64,000 nt of DNA, taken from IMG/VR virus record IMGVR_UViG_3300042197_004429, positions 1 to 64,000 of that record; one strand, written 5' to 3'. A program made the translations under genes and the position numbers. Origin of the DNA: a virus. A model generated the notes under the pieces. That model saw only the letters and a list, made by a program, of their open reading frames with translations. It was not told the origin of the DNA and searched no databases. Positions 9,996-20,105 of this stretch are shown here, piece after piece; the stretch's first letter is position 1, and every line of letters starts with the position of its first letter.

Positions 9996-10727
9996 ATGAA
10001 TCAACCATTTAACCCTTTAGAATCACCTTCAGACAAGCCAACTTTAAGTTTTAACTTGAACGATGGGTCTAACGAACAAGTCTCTATCATTGTAGTTCAC
10101 CACAACAGACCTGAGTACTTAAATATATGCCTTCAGTCTATTCATGCAATGAGTAATCTTAATAATTATGAGGTAATAGTTGTTGATAATGCATCAGATC
10201 AAGAGACTCAAGAATATTTAGAAGTGCTTCAACAAGAGGGAATTAAGGTAATTAAAAATAAAACTAATGAATATTGGTCAAAAGCCGCAAATCAAGGTGT
10301 TGCCGTTGCTGATCCAAATTCAAAATATTTCATTTTCATGCACGCCGATACGGTTGTTTTAGACCCAGCTTGGATAGATGTTATGGTAAACCTGTCCGAA
10401 AGCAGGTCTGCCGGTGTTGTGGGGACAAGTCTTCATGCATATTATATTCAAAAGCAACAAGTTAATTTTGTTCAAGAATATTGTATGCTAATTAGTCGCC
10501 GTTGTTGGGAAGATATTGGACCATGGCCAGAAGAACTTCCACTTGTTGGCATGTCTTTCATTATGACTTTGCGGGCACAATATAAAGGCCACACGCCTCA
10601 AGCAATTGGCAATAATATTGTTCATCATTATAAAGCTTTTGGAATGGACCCAAGCGAATACGAGAGAATGTGTGAACAAGCTATGGGAATAGTCGGCAAA
10701 TTGATGGCCGCAGCACAAAAAAAATAA
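9996..10727 (+). CDS. glycosyltransferase family 2
   Basis: SIIVVHHN...CLQSI, VVDNAS, AANQG, FMHADT. Confidence 0.88.
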   Translation: MNQPFNPLESPSDKPTLSFNLNDGSNEQVSIIVVHHNRPEYLNICLQSIHAMSNLNNYEVIVVDNASDQETQEYLEVLQQEGIKVIKNKTNEYWSKAANQGVAVADPNSKYFIFMHADTVVLDPAWIDVMVNLSESRSAGVVGTSLHAYYIQKQQVNFVQEYCMLISRRCWEDIGPWPEELPLVGMSFIMTLRAQYKGHTPQAIGNNIVHHYKAFGMDPSEYERMCEQAMGIVGKLMAAAQKK

Positions 10728-10728
10728 T

Positions 10729-11865
10729 CTAAACGTTTGTTGCCCTTAAGGGCATTATTTGACGCCCAGATTTTCCTATAATTCCAATTTGATCATTGAT
10801 GTTAATTCTCGTAGCCCCACGAACAACCGACCCGTTAATTATAGTCTGATTAACTGCTGTGGTGTTTGGTATTAAATACCAGCCGTTACTTGCTTTTTGA
10901 ATTCTGAATTGAATATTTGAAAAGTATTGTGCCAACGGACCCAAAGATGAACCCAAAACAGGTTGGCCTATTTGTGTATCAATATTAATTGTCAAAGGTC
11001 TATTTCCGCCAGAAAGAACTAATGTTTTTGGTTGATAGTCTTGAGAAGCAGAGCCGACAGGTTGGGGAGCAGAACCAGCGGGCTGTTGCGTTTCTCCCCT
11101 TATGTAAGGAGACGCCACAGGATCAGACATTAAGAACTCTTGTTCTGTTTTTTGCCAATGGTTTGAACTAGCAAATTTTGGGGCAGGAGATCCGGGTTTA
11201 CTGACTAAAATCGCCGCCAATCTTAGAGATATAAGTTGTGTCTGACTGAGACTTACTCCGTGTCCTCCTTTAAAGTCTTGTCCTACGTCTGTGCTCAACC
11301 CTAAACGGGATATTTTTTGTCTTAATTCATCTATATTCTCTTCTCCAAGTTTTGATAAATAAACAATAAAGTTGTCTCTGCGTGTTTCAAAACCACCACC
11401 AAAAGCAGAAAACTTAAACTGCCTGACAAAATTTGAATTTTGTTTAATTATTTTTGCCAATTCCAATAATAAGTTTATTTTATCTGTTGGTATCTTTATG
11501 TGTATTTTATTTTTGGCACCATCTGGCTTGTATCCAGGTATTGCGAAAAAGTAGAAAGGATCAGTGGAATCCAAGGGGGTAAATCCCAATGATGCAATTT
11601 GTGAATTAAGAGATGCAATTTGACGGTCTAATTCAGGGTTTTGTTTTTCATTTCCTTTGTCGCCAGCGATATTGTTATAAAAAGTCTCTGACCATTTATG
11701 TCCCAAAATAGCGTGTCTATTTGTGTCAAAATTAGGAACTATCCCCGCACCGGACAAACTTTTTATTGCGGCCTGATATGTGGGTGCGGCTAAAATCAAT
11801 GAAGATAATCTTTTGAAGATATCTTCGGCACTCTCCATATTTTCTAACCAAAGTTTAAATCGCAT
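10729..11865 (-). CDS. putative phosphothreonine-lyase-like domain fused to a degenerate FHA-like domain; capsid-targeting-like N-terminus
   Basis: MRFKLWLE start; KIHI...FK...R..NFIVY...SLR pattern; C-terminal QFRI...GWYL.P.....NQTIING...I..NDQIGI. Confidence 0.5.
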   Translation of the reverse strand: MRFKLWLENMESAEDIFKRLSSLILAAPTYQAAIKSLSGAGIVPNFDTNRHAILGHKWSETFYNNIAGDKGNEKQNPELDRQIASLNSQIASLGFTPLDSTDPFYFFAIPGYKPDGAKNKIHIKIPTDKINLLLELAKIIKQNSNFVRQFKFSAFGGGFETRRDNFIVYLSKLGEENIDELRQKISRLGLSTDVGQDFKGGHGVSLSQTQLISLRLAAILVSKPGSPAPKFASSNHWQKTEQEFLMSDPVASPYIRGETQQPAGSAPQPVGSASQDYQPKTLVLSGGNRPLTINIDTQIGQPVLGSSLGPLAQYFSNIQFRIQKASNGWYLIPNTTAVNQTIINGSVVRGATRININDQIGIIGKSGRQIMPLRATNV

Positions 11866-12337
11866 TGTGCAAGATCCTTATGAAGGCCATCCACTCAGGG
11901 TTATTGTAAGTAGCATTTTTGTGTTTAGAGTAAAAATTAGCATAGCAGTGGCAAAAAATTTCTTCCGGTATTTGTTTTAATGAATCTTTTGCCTCAGGGT
12001 TTTCTTGTGTTTGTTTTTCAAAGTTTTTTTTAACAACTTGAGACCATTGATTTTTTATTTCTTTTGATAATCTTTCATACACAAGATGTGCTATCTCATG
12101 AAGAATTGTAAATTCTCTTGAAAAATTCCAAGGTGCCGCTATGGCTATTTCTTTTGAGTATTTGTCCATATAGCCAACGTGTTTGTCGTCTCCATTTAGT
12201 GTGTTTCCGGCATGAAATTTCCACTTATATCCTTTAACGAGATCTGAGTGTGCTTTTGGTAACTTAGAAAGAGTTTTTTGAATGTCCTCTTTTTCTTCTT
12301 CCATATTGTCTTGAAGAAATTTTTTAAAATTTAACAT
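11855..12337 (-). CDS. zincin-like metallopeptidase domain protein with a capsid-targeting-like N-terminus
   Basis: TILHEIAH (HExxH) plus downstream EEIF; starts MLNFKKFLQ. Confidence 0.6.
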   Translation of the reverse strand: MLNFKKFLQDNMEEEKEDIQKTLSKLPKAHSDLVKGYKWKFHAGNTLNGDDKHVGYMDKYSKEIAIAAPWNFSREFTILHEIAHLVYERLSKEIKNQWSQVVKKNFEKQTQENPEAKDSLKQIPEEIFCHCYANFYSKHKNATYNNPEWMAFIRILHNAI

Positions 12338-12368
12338 AAAAGTATTTAGTTTTTTCTATTATATTTTG

Positions 12369-12539
12369 TACAAACAAGTCTACTTTGGACTTTAAATTTA
12401 GCATTATCTTTTTTGTCGAAAAGAGGTTCATGTAATTTTCCATAAAATTACACATGCCACCAATGTTTGGTGCGAGGTTGCGAACCTAACCTGGATAGGC
12501 GGAAAGTCGGAAAAGAACAGCAATCTTTTCAAGTTTGTA
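12369..12539. ncRNA. candidate structured intergenic element
   Basis: Closing stem TACAAAC/GTTTGTA enclosing several hairpins in a 530-bp intergenic region. Confidence 0.25.
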
Positions 12540-12868
12540 TTTTAAAAAATCATTGAAAAAGTAAAGATTAAGGGTGGGGTGACAAAAATTGTCAATAAAT
12601 ATTATTAAAAGTTTCAATAATTAAATACTTTTTAGTTGTGGAGTATTTAATACAAATCCAAATTGGTTGAGACTCTTTTAAAAACAACTATCTTCTTTTC
12701 AATTGTCAAGGTTATGAAAACAGGGTTAAATTTAGGTTGTTAGATTAGCACTTGGTATCTGTTCAAATGAATTGTGATATTTTTTACCTTGTCAATTTAA
12801 TATTGGCAAGGTTTTTTTATTATTAATATTGGATTCTAAATACAATGTGCATTTTTGAAAGGAAATAA

Positions 12869-13582
12869 ATGGGATTTAAAAAAAGAAAATCTTCAAATTT
12901 AAAGATCGAAAAAAGTAAAAACTCTAAAAACGCTAAACAAATCAAAGTTCCGCAATCTAATTCAAATTTTCATATCGAATTTAAGAATAAAGTTCAAAGT
13001 GAAGCTTGGGCGGCTTTCCAGAAGTTCGATGTGCTTTTTTTGTTAGGTTCGGCAGGAACAGGAAAAACTTTTTTAGCTAGCGCTTTTGCAATAGAGCAAA
13101 TATTAAATAACAAAAGAAATAAAATTATTTTGACAAGACCTATCGTTGAAGCAGGAGAATCCTTGGGGTTTCTGCCTGGGGAATTCGCAGAAAAAGTTCA
13201 TCCTTATATGATACCTCTTTATGATTGTATGGATCAAATGGTTGGATCACATGGTCCTTGGAGAGAAAAAATAGATCAAGCTGTTGAGGTTGCCCCTATA
13301 GCTTTTATGCGAGGTCGTTCTTTTATAAATTCAATTTGCATATTTGACGAGGCCCAGAATGCTTCTTTGTTACAATTGAAATTATTTCTTACTCGTTTTG
13401 GAGAAAACAGCAAGATCATAATCACGGGGGATCCTACTCAAAGCGACATAGGTAATAAAGTTGCTTTAGTTGAAGTTGTTCAAAAATTAAGGGATTTAAA
13501 CGGAGTTGGAGTCATAGAGTTTAACAATGATTGCATAGTAAGACATCCATTAGTAGGAAAGATAATCGATAGACTAGGATAA
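12869..13582 (+). CDS. phoH: PhoH-like ATPase
   Basis: GSAGTGKT, RPIVEAGESLGFLPG, APIAFMRGRS, DEAQN, GDPTQSD, IVRHPLV. Confidence 0.95.
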   Translation: MGFKKRKSSNLKIEKSKNSKNAKQIKVPQSNSNFHIEFKNKVQSEAWAAFQKFDVLFLLGSAGTGKTFLASAFAIEQILNNKRNKIILTRPIVEAGESLGFLPGEFAEKVHPYMIPLYDCMDQMVGSHGPWREKIDQAVEVAPIAFMRGRSFINSICIFDEAQNASLLQLKLFLTRFGENSKIIITGDPTQSDIGNKVALVEVVQKLRDLNGVGVIEFNNDCIVRHPLVGKIIDRLG

Positions 13583-13584
13583 AA

Positions 13585-16500
13585 ATGTACACCTACGACG
13601 AAATATCATATGGCGGAATCACCTTAGCGGGAAATTCTATAGTTCTTTTTAATCCAACAAATATTGTAGAAGATGAAGAAGAGGTTATAGGGGGAATTCT
13701 TTGCGGAGGAACAGTTCCCTATAATTTAATTGCAGAACCCCAAAAAGAAGAACTTTTTGTGTTTGGTTGCAAAATTAATGGAATTTTTGGTAATAATCTA
13801 AGAATAGCCAACCTAACCAACCCTGCGGGGGTTAAGTTATTTGGCAATTGTTTTGTTGATTTATTCACAACCTTTTCTACTTCTCCGGGAATCAGGCTAT
13901 CTGGCTTTTCTGATTTTGGTCAAACAAGTCCTTTATTTTTGCCGACTGGTGGAGTTTCCTTAAAAATTAATCCTCAATTTAATTTTTTATTTAATATTCA
14001 AAAAGAAGGCGGTTGTTTAAACGCAACCGGTGAAAGTGTAATATCTAATTTTATTATTTTTGATGGTGGCGTAAAACTATTATCTTCTTATAATTATTTT
14101 TATAATGTAGAAGTTACTTATAATCTTCTTTCTCAAGGGTTTGCAAAATTATCCGGGAGTTTTTTAAATTCTACAGAAACCGAATTTTTTGTAGAAAGTA
14201 AAGGTGCAGTATCGGGTGGGTTATCTTTAATTAGATCTCGTTATTTAAATTTAACTCAAGGATCAATTGTTATTTCGGGTGAGTTTTTAGTTTTTGATAA
14301 TTTTGTTTCTCTTGGAGGTGTTGTTTGTTTTGTGTCTTCTAATTTCAACTCAATAATGAGAGAGGTTAGAGGTTTTGTTGTTGGTGGTTTGCTATTATCG
14401 GGTAAAAATTTACTAAATGTAAATAATAATTTTTTTGTTACCTCGTCTGGTTCATTATCAACCGAAGGATCTGGTTTTTATTTTATAAACGACACCTTGT
14501 TTGTTTCGGGCGGTGGTTTGTCTCTTAGATCAGACGGCACTTTAATAAATTTTAAATTTAATAAAGAGGTAGAGTTTAAATGGAATACAGATCTTAAATT
14601 AGAGAAAAAAGTTGACTTTTACTGGAATTTAGGTCAACAAATAATGTATTGGTATCGTGTTGTTGGCAAAGGGATTGTGGATCCTTGCATCCCACAAGAC
14701 GTTTGTTGTGGTAAAATTATAGTCAACTTGCACGCAAGATCCCTATCGGAGTTGTGTCAAAAATTAAGTAAAAGAAAATATAAATTTCCAATAGAGACAG
14801 TCGAGAGATTTAATAGACCTGCGGAGACTGTTGTTGTTGAAGAGCAAGAATCAAATGGCGTCAATTTAGATTGCAATAATCTTGTTGATGTTGAGTTGTG
14901 TTCGATCCCAGAGTGTGCGGATTTTTGCGTCGATCAGGACATCAGTTTAAAAACTGGTTTTTATTTTAAGGCTTGGGTGGTTTTTCAATCCACAGCATCA
15001 GGAAGCCTACAAACCTCAGGCGAATCTAGTTATGTTTTTATTAAAAAATTGCCTGATATTAAATTTAAGTCCGATGGAGAATTGTTTTTTGATGGTAACT
15101 TTATAATTGGAACAAATTCTTTTAGAGGTCGAGGTGGATGTGCGGTTGGTGGCAAGTCTAGGCTTAGACACAATCGTTGGTCTTATAATGGTGGTGTTTG
15201 GCCAAATAAAACTCCAAAAATTTATGCAAAAAAATCAATTAGTCTTAAACACACCTCCGCACAATCTCCTTGGCTTTTGCCAGAAAGAGCAATCTTAGAA
15301 GATAATTTATTCTCATCATCCGATATTAGTTTTAAAAAGACATCGGAACTTTTGGTTTTGACAAATTTTTCTTTTGACATACCCGAAAATAGTAAAGTTT
15401 TAAAGTTAGTTGTTAATGTTGATAGAGTTGCAACAAAAAGTGGCGTTAGAGATAAAGAATTGTTTTTAATTATAAACGACAAGGTGATATCAAACAATCT
15501 CGCTGTGACAAATATAGATTGGCCCTTATTGCAAACTACAAAATCTTATGGTTCGGAATGGAGGGGAGAAGACTTTGATAGATATGTTGATGACCCTTCT
15601 TTGATTAATTTAAATATTAACAACCAACCCGGAGAGGTTTTAGCAAATCTTTCACTTGAAGAAATAAAAAATTCTTCTTTTGGGGTTGCAATTAGAGTTC
15701 AGTCTGTTTTAAATATAAATCAAACTATTGCTAGAATTAATTCAATAAATATTGAGGTCGAATATGAAGATCCAAATGGTTCTACCATAAGAGTTTCTTC
15801 AAATAGTGGTGCTTTGGCTAAGTCCCCCGCTTATACATCTAAGTCCGTAGGAAAAATTTACTCCTACGGTTCTGCAAACGCTCGATATACAAAAAGAACA
15901 GTGTTTAAAGTTTCTTCTTTTGGAGCAAAAATAGGCGGCGATTCACTTAAAACTATTTTTGAAAACATTGGCGGAGGATGTTTATTATCTTCTTCTTCAA
16001 AGATAACTCCTTATTTGGAAAATCCAATTATAAATTTGAAACTTGGTGGAGAATCTTTTGTTTTACCCTGGTGGCATTCAATGAGCGGCGGATTAAAGAC
16101 ACGAGGCTCAGCATCCAGGTTCGAAAGATTCAAATATCAGGTTGTCGGCGGCATAAACATCGCTGGAGAGTCGTTTGTACCTAGAAAAATTTCTAAATAT
16201 TTTGCCGCTGGTGGGGTGAACCTTTTAGGTTCGGCAAGATCAAAAAAGCAGAATTGGAAGTGGATATCAGACGGTAATGCCGTGTTTGTTATAGGACAGG
16301 CTATAAACAAATCGGGAAATGTTGGTGTCCCAGACCAGATTTTTGATTTTTCTATGAATTTATTAAAGATGGATGTTTATTTTGCTGGTATAGACAAACA
16401 AGATGCCGAAGGCAATATTGATTTTTTCAATAAATGCGGCTGTTTTGATCTTTCTTCTACAATGACTTTGACTCATAATTTTGCAATTGATAATATTTTT

Positions 16501-17025
16501 GCTAAATTTTTAACGAGAAATAATTTTACTATTTCTAAAAATCTAGAGTTGAGGTACAATAAAACTAATGACTCTTGGCAAAACAATTTGCATTACAAGG
16601 GCATATCGGGTTTGGGCAATTACCCCGAATCGTGGAATGTGGTTTCTGAAATTTCTTGCTTGAATAATATAGGAGGAACTTTGTTGGGTTCTAAAGTTTG
16701 GAAAGTCGCTCTTCAATTTTCTAGAAATAATTTACTTACAGGGGATAGTTACGAGACTAGGATTGTTGTTGCTGTTTTACCAGATGATTATTGTTTGACA
16801 GCCGCCAATAGGCTTGAATTTGAAATAAACTATGATACCCAAAGCAATTTCGCTGTTTCAAACCCGGCAGCTACAATTTATCAAAATACAATCTATGATA
16901 ATATTGGAATTTTTAAGAATAGAGCCTGGATAGAATCTCCCGATTTGATTTTAAAGGTTACTCAATCTTTGGCAGAAACTAGTAGAAAAAGAGTTAGGAT
17001 GCCAACCTCAACGCTATCTGAATGA
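13585..17025 (+). CDS. large Gly-rich virion structural protein (1146 aa)
   Basis: Repeated GG-x-x-L-S-G motifs; shares a LTNFSFDIPE...FGVAI module with 28504-31269; Cys-rich insert. Confidence 0.6.
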   Translation: MYTYDEISYGGITLAGNSIVLFNPTNIVEDEEEVIGGILCGGTVPYNLIAEPQKEELFVFGCKINGIFGNNLRIANLTNPAGVKLFGNCFVDLFTTFSTSPGIRLSGFSDFGQTSPLFLPTGGVSLKINPQFNFLFNIQKEGGCLNATGESVISNFIIFDGGVKLLSSYNYFYNVEVTYNLLSQGFAKLSGSFLNSTETEFFVESKGAVSGGLSLIRSRYLNLTQGSIVISGEFLVFDNFVSLGGVVCFVSSNFNSIMREVRGFVVGGLLLSGKNLLNVNNNFFVTSSGSLSTEGSGFYFINDTLFVSGGGLSLRSDGTLINFKFNKEVEFKWNTDLKLEKKVDFYWNLGQQIMYWYRVVGKGIVDPCIPQDVCCGKIIVNLHARSLSELCQKLSKRKYKFPIETVERFNRPAETVVVEEQESNGVNLDCNNLVDVELCSIPECADFCVDQDISLKTGFYFKAWVVFQSTASGSLQTSGESSYVFIKKLPDIKFKSDGELFFDGNFIIGTNSFRGRGGCAVGGKSRLRHNRWSYNGGVWPNKTPKIYAKKSISLKHTSAQSPWLLPERAILEDNLFSSSDISFKKTSELLVLTNFSFDIPENSKVLKLVVNVDRVATKSGVRDKELFLIINDKVISNNLAVTNIDWPLLQTTKSYGSEWRGEDFDRYVDDPSLINLNINNQPGEVLANLSLEEIKNSSFGVAIRVQSVLNINQTIARINSINIEVEYEDPNGSTIRVSSNSGALAKSPAYTSKSVGKIYSYGSANARYTKRTVFKVSSFGAKIGGDSLKTIFENIGGGCLLSSSSKITPYLENPIINLKLGGESFVLPWWHSMSGGLKTRGSASRFERFKYQVVGGINIAGESFVPRKISKYFAAGGVNLLGSARSKKQNWKWISDGNAVFVIGQAINKSGNVGVPDQIFDFSMNLLKMDVYFAGIDKQDAEGNIDFFNKCGCFDLSSTMTLTHNFAIDNIFAKFLTRNNFTISKNLELRYNKTNDSWQNNLHYKGISGLGNYPESWNVVSEISCLNNIGGTLLGSKVWKVALQFSRNNLLTGDSYETRIVVAVLPDDYCLTAANRLEFEINYDTQSNFAVSNPAATIYQNTIYDNIGIFKNRAWIESPDLILKVTQSLAETSRKRVRMPTSTLSE

Positions 17026-17035
17026 AGGATGTATT

Positions 17036-17248
17036 ATGATTAATTATATTTGTCTTTTTTTGTCTTTTTTAAATTTACTTTTTTTAATAGCTATAGCTGG
17101 TTCTTTATCAAAAATTATTTCTTTTTTTAGAGATAATAATTTTAATCAAATAAAAACAAATAATAAAAATTTTGAATTAAACGATAAAGACAATTGGGAT
17201 GGCGTTAGAAGTTCTCAAAATTGGGATGGAGTTAAAAATCAAAACTAA
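17036..17248 (+). CDS. small membrane protein
   Basis: N-terminal TM helix; NWDGV duplicated. Confidence 0.6.
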   Translation: MINYICLFLSFLNLLFLIAIAGSLSKIISFFRDNNFNQIKTNNKNFELNDKDNWDGVRSSQNWDGVKNQN

Positions 17249-17297
17249 AGACTATACTATATTTAGATAATTAAATTTTACAATTTTTGGTGTTTAA

Positions 17298-18218
17298 ATG
17301 ATTTTAAAAAATTTTTTGTTTTTTGTGTTTTCTTTTTTATTCGCTGTAAACTCTTTAGCTGATGAAAAAATTATTAGGGTATTAAAGCCAAATGAAGTTT
17401 CAATAGAAGTTTCAAAATATCGTGGTGTTCCTAAAGAATTGGAAAATCTCGTTTGGAACAGGTGGACTAGTAAAAACTTTGTAGTATGTAGTTTGAATGA
17501 CCCTCAAGCTCAATATTTAAATAAACACTTAGAACTCGTTAAATCTTGGATGTTTTTACGTTGGGGTATGAAAGATATAGATTTTTCAACGACATGTAAA
17601 TTAATATGTGTTGATGATAAAGAATTGTTTAAAAAGTTATTTAATTTAGAAAATACAAAGGTTGAAATTCGCAGGGATGAAAACAAAAAAATAACAGAGA
17701 CAGTTATTTTTTTGTTAATAGACGGAACCCCATCACAAACAATACCAGTTCCTTTGACTCAAGTTTGTTTGGCAGAATTTTCTCAAAAATTTCAAGTTGA
17801 TTTTAAAACTTGGATTTATAAGAGTTTTTCTCATTTAAATGATTCTCTTATAAATATTAGAAAAAATTTAAATAAATTAGAAAATTATAATAATAATTCT
17901 TTAACATTAAAAGATTTAATTGATTTTGATATTGAAAAATATAATCAATTAAAAGATGAAGATAAAAAAACATTTGATTGTTATTCCATATATCTTTGTC
18001 TTATGCTAAGAAAAGAATTTGGAGAAGATATATTTTTAAATTTTATTCAAGAGTCTTCAAAAGAAAATTTTGAATACGCTGTTAAAAATGTTTTAAAATT
18101 TGATAATTTAGAACATTTTGATAAAACCTTTCAAAGATACCTAAAAGATTTATCAAACGATATAAAATTAGGAAAAACTCCAAATTACTACTTACAAATT
18201 AATTCCAAAGATAATTAA
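17298..18218 (+). CDS. secreted hypothetical protein
   Basis: Signal peptide ending AVNSLA. Confidence 0.65.
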   Translation: MILKNFLFFVFSFLFAVNSLADEKIIRVLKPNEVSIEVSKYRGVPKELENLVWNRWTSKNFVVCSLNDPQAQYLNKHLELVKSWMFLRWGMKDIDFSTTCKLICVDDKELFKKLFNLENTKVEIRRDENKKITETVIFLLIDGTPSQTIPVPLTQVCLAEFSQKFQVDFKTWIYKSFSHLNDSLINIRKNLNKLENYNNNSLTLKDLIDFDIEKYNQLKDEDKKTFDCYSIYLCLMLRKEFGEDIFLNFIQESSKENFEYAVKNVLKFDNLEHFDKTFQRYLKDLSNDIKLGKTPNYYLQINSKDN

Positions 18219-18430
18219 TTCTTTTTCATGGATTTTTTCATCATGGGTGTGTTTGTTGGATTTGAACCTCCAGATGAGGATCTTGGAGTTGAACCTCCTA
18301 AGGATCTTAAATTTTTGAAAGGCAAACCATCAGATGGCTTTTTGGCAAAAAAAGACACAGGAAACCCCATCAGCCCTTTGTCCGATGAACTTTGTTCTTC
18401 TTGAAAATCAATAAATTTCTTAAATCTCAT
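18215..18430 (-). CDS. small protein with a capsid-targeting-like N-terminus
   Basis: MRFKKFIDFQEE start; C-terminal MMKKSMKK. Confidence 0.65.
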   Translation of the reverse strand: MRFKKFIDFQEEQSSSDKGLMGFPVSFFAKKPSDGLPFKNLRSLGGSTPRSSSGGSNPTNTPMMKKSMKKN

Positions 18431-18444
18431 AATTATTATATACT

Positions 18445-18681
18445 ATGGACGAAATACAATTAGCTTTAAAAAAACGATATGATCATCTTGGTTCGCTTAT
18501 ATTTTATAGATCTTTAGATAAATCTTTGACAAATGGAGACCTTTTTGACATATTAGAAGATATGCCAAATAAATTTCCTGTTGTCTGGAATAACAAAAAA
18601 AGACGATGGGTTCATACAAATGATTTACTACAAGGTGATTTTTCAAAAAATATAAACACCGCCGAAAAAGACAACACATGA
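18445..18681 (+). CDS. hypothetical protein
   Basis: ORF coupled to the next gene. Confidence 0.6.
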   Translation: MDEIQLALKKRYDHLGSLIFYRSLDKSLTNGDLFDILEDMPNKFPVVWNNKKRRWVHTNDLLQGDFSKNINTAEKDNT

Positions 18682-19259
18682 AAATCTCTATAATTCAAGA
18701 ATATATTTCAAGAAATAAAATAAAAGTCCCAGTTGTTTGCTTCAAAAAAAAATCTTGCGTTATCTTGAAAAATAAGAAAGATGAAAGTTATAGAATTTTA
18801 TCTATAACTTGGAGAAATCAGGATTATCATCCAGGTTTTTATGATATAAATTATTATGAGCCAATTAAAAATGTATTGAATACAAAATTATTCAATACTT
18901 TATTTTCTGATATTTGGCACTACGAGGGGTATGAAGATAATCTATTAGATTTTTGCAAAACAATTAAACAAGAAAATTTTTATTGCGGATCTTATTCTCA
19001 ACAAATTTTTGATGCGTGGAAAATATTTTTAGATTTAGCTGGGATCGATTTGTGCAAAACTTATAATTTTGACTTTCAAAAGCAATTTTTTATTCTTCAA
19101 TCAATAAGATCATCTAAGGAAAAAAAACATCACTTTGATAGCCTGCAAATTTTATTAAGATCAAAAAAAACTTCATACTCCGATTTATGGTTCTATAGAA
19201 TAAAAAGTGTATTTTTAAATGTTAATTCGAAGTGGTTAGCAGATCTGCTTAAAAATTAG
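18678..19259 (+). CDS. hypothetical protein
   Basis: 193-aa ORF, ATGA overlap. Confidence 0.6.
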   Translation: MKISIIQEYISRNKIKVPVVCFKKKSCVILKNKKDESYRILSITWRNQDYHPGFYDINYYEPIKNVLNTKLFNTLFSDIWHYEGYEDNLLDFCKTIKQENFYCGSYSQQIFDAWKIFLDLAGIDLCKTYNFDFQKQFFILQSIRSSKEKKHHFDSLQILLRSKKTSYSDLWFYRIKSVFLNVNSKWLADLLKN

Positions 19260-20097
19260 ATTGAGTTGAATCTATAACGCAAATCCATTTTATTTGTTTG
19301 CCAGCAATTCCATTGACCACAACATCTATTGAACTTGTTAAATTATTTGCCACTATGTCAATGGCAGCGTTTTCTAAATTAGTATCATACCAATTTTCTA
19401 TAGATAAATTTCCAACCCGACTAACAACACCAGAACTGCTTCTTTTAAAGACGCCTTTTGCTATAAAACCAGCGGACTCGTCATCGGTATTATTGTATAA
19501 ACTAATTTGCGCTTTGATCGTCCATGTGTTTTTAGTAGAGATTTGCAAAATATTTAAACTATTAGGTTCATTCCCATCCAGAGTTAACAAGGATTGACTA
19601 GAATTTGTTGTGGTTCTTTGAAGAATATATTTTTTTGAATTAAAGTTATCATAATCAGATGGTAAGGTTTTATATCTGTAAGGAATTATTTTAAGTGTGT
19701 TGTTATTGAGTGGTAGGTTGTTGCCAGTTTTGTTTATTATTAGGTACTTGTATTTGCAAGGAGGAATAGTTATTTGTTTTAATGTTTGTCTTTGGGGATT
19801 AGTTGATGGCATAATATTAAACACGCCAACCAAAGATGAAGGCGAAGGATTTATAGAAGAGTTTCCATCTTCAAAATCCGTGTTGTTTATTGCAGATAAT
19901 AAATATAACTCAATAATTGAACCATATTTGGGAGTTTGAATATTAGTGTCCAAAAATAGTTCGACATCATTAAACAAGTATAAACCAGATGAGTTATTTA
20001 TTTCCTGACTAATACAGCCCAATTCCGGCTGAAGCGAACTCATTTCCGTACTCATCACAACAGAAGCATCCGCTGAATCCCATAAAATTGAAGCCAT
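19249..20097 (-). CDS. putative virion protein, paralog of 20106-20543 with an extra C-terminal domain
   Basis: Shared LYLFNDxELFL...PQRQT...PPxKYKY...NTLKI..YRYK module. Confidence 0.65.
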   Translation of the reverse strand: MASILWDSADASVVMSTEMSSLQPELGCISQEINNSSGLYLFNDVELFLDTNIQTPKYGSIIELYLLSAINNTDFEDGNSSINPSPSSLVGVFNIMPSTNPQRQTLKQITIPPCKYKYLIINKTGNNLPLNNNTLKIIPYRYKTLPSDYDNFNSKKYILQRTTTNSSQSLLTLDGNEPNSLNILQISTKNTWTIKAQISLYNNTDDESAGFIAKGVFKRSSSGVVSRVGNLSIENWYDTNLENAAIDIVANNLTSSIDVVVNGIAGKQIKWICVIDSTQSNF

Positions 20098-20105
20098 TTT
20101 TACCT

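Noticed and set aside
12495-12512. RNase P RNA-like GGAAAGTC motif
   Set aside because: Only a short match; no complementary P4 partner or RNase P-sized structure was found
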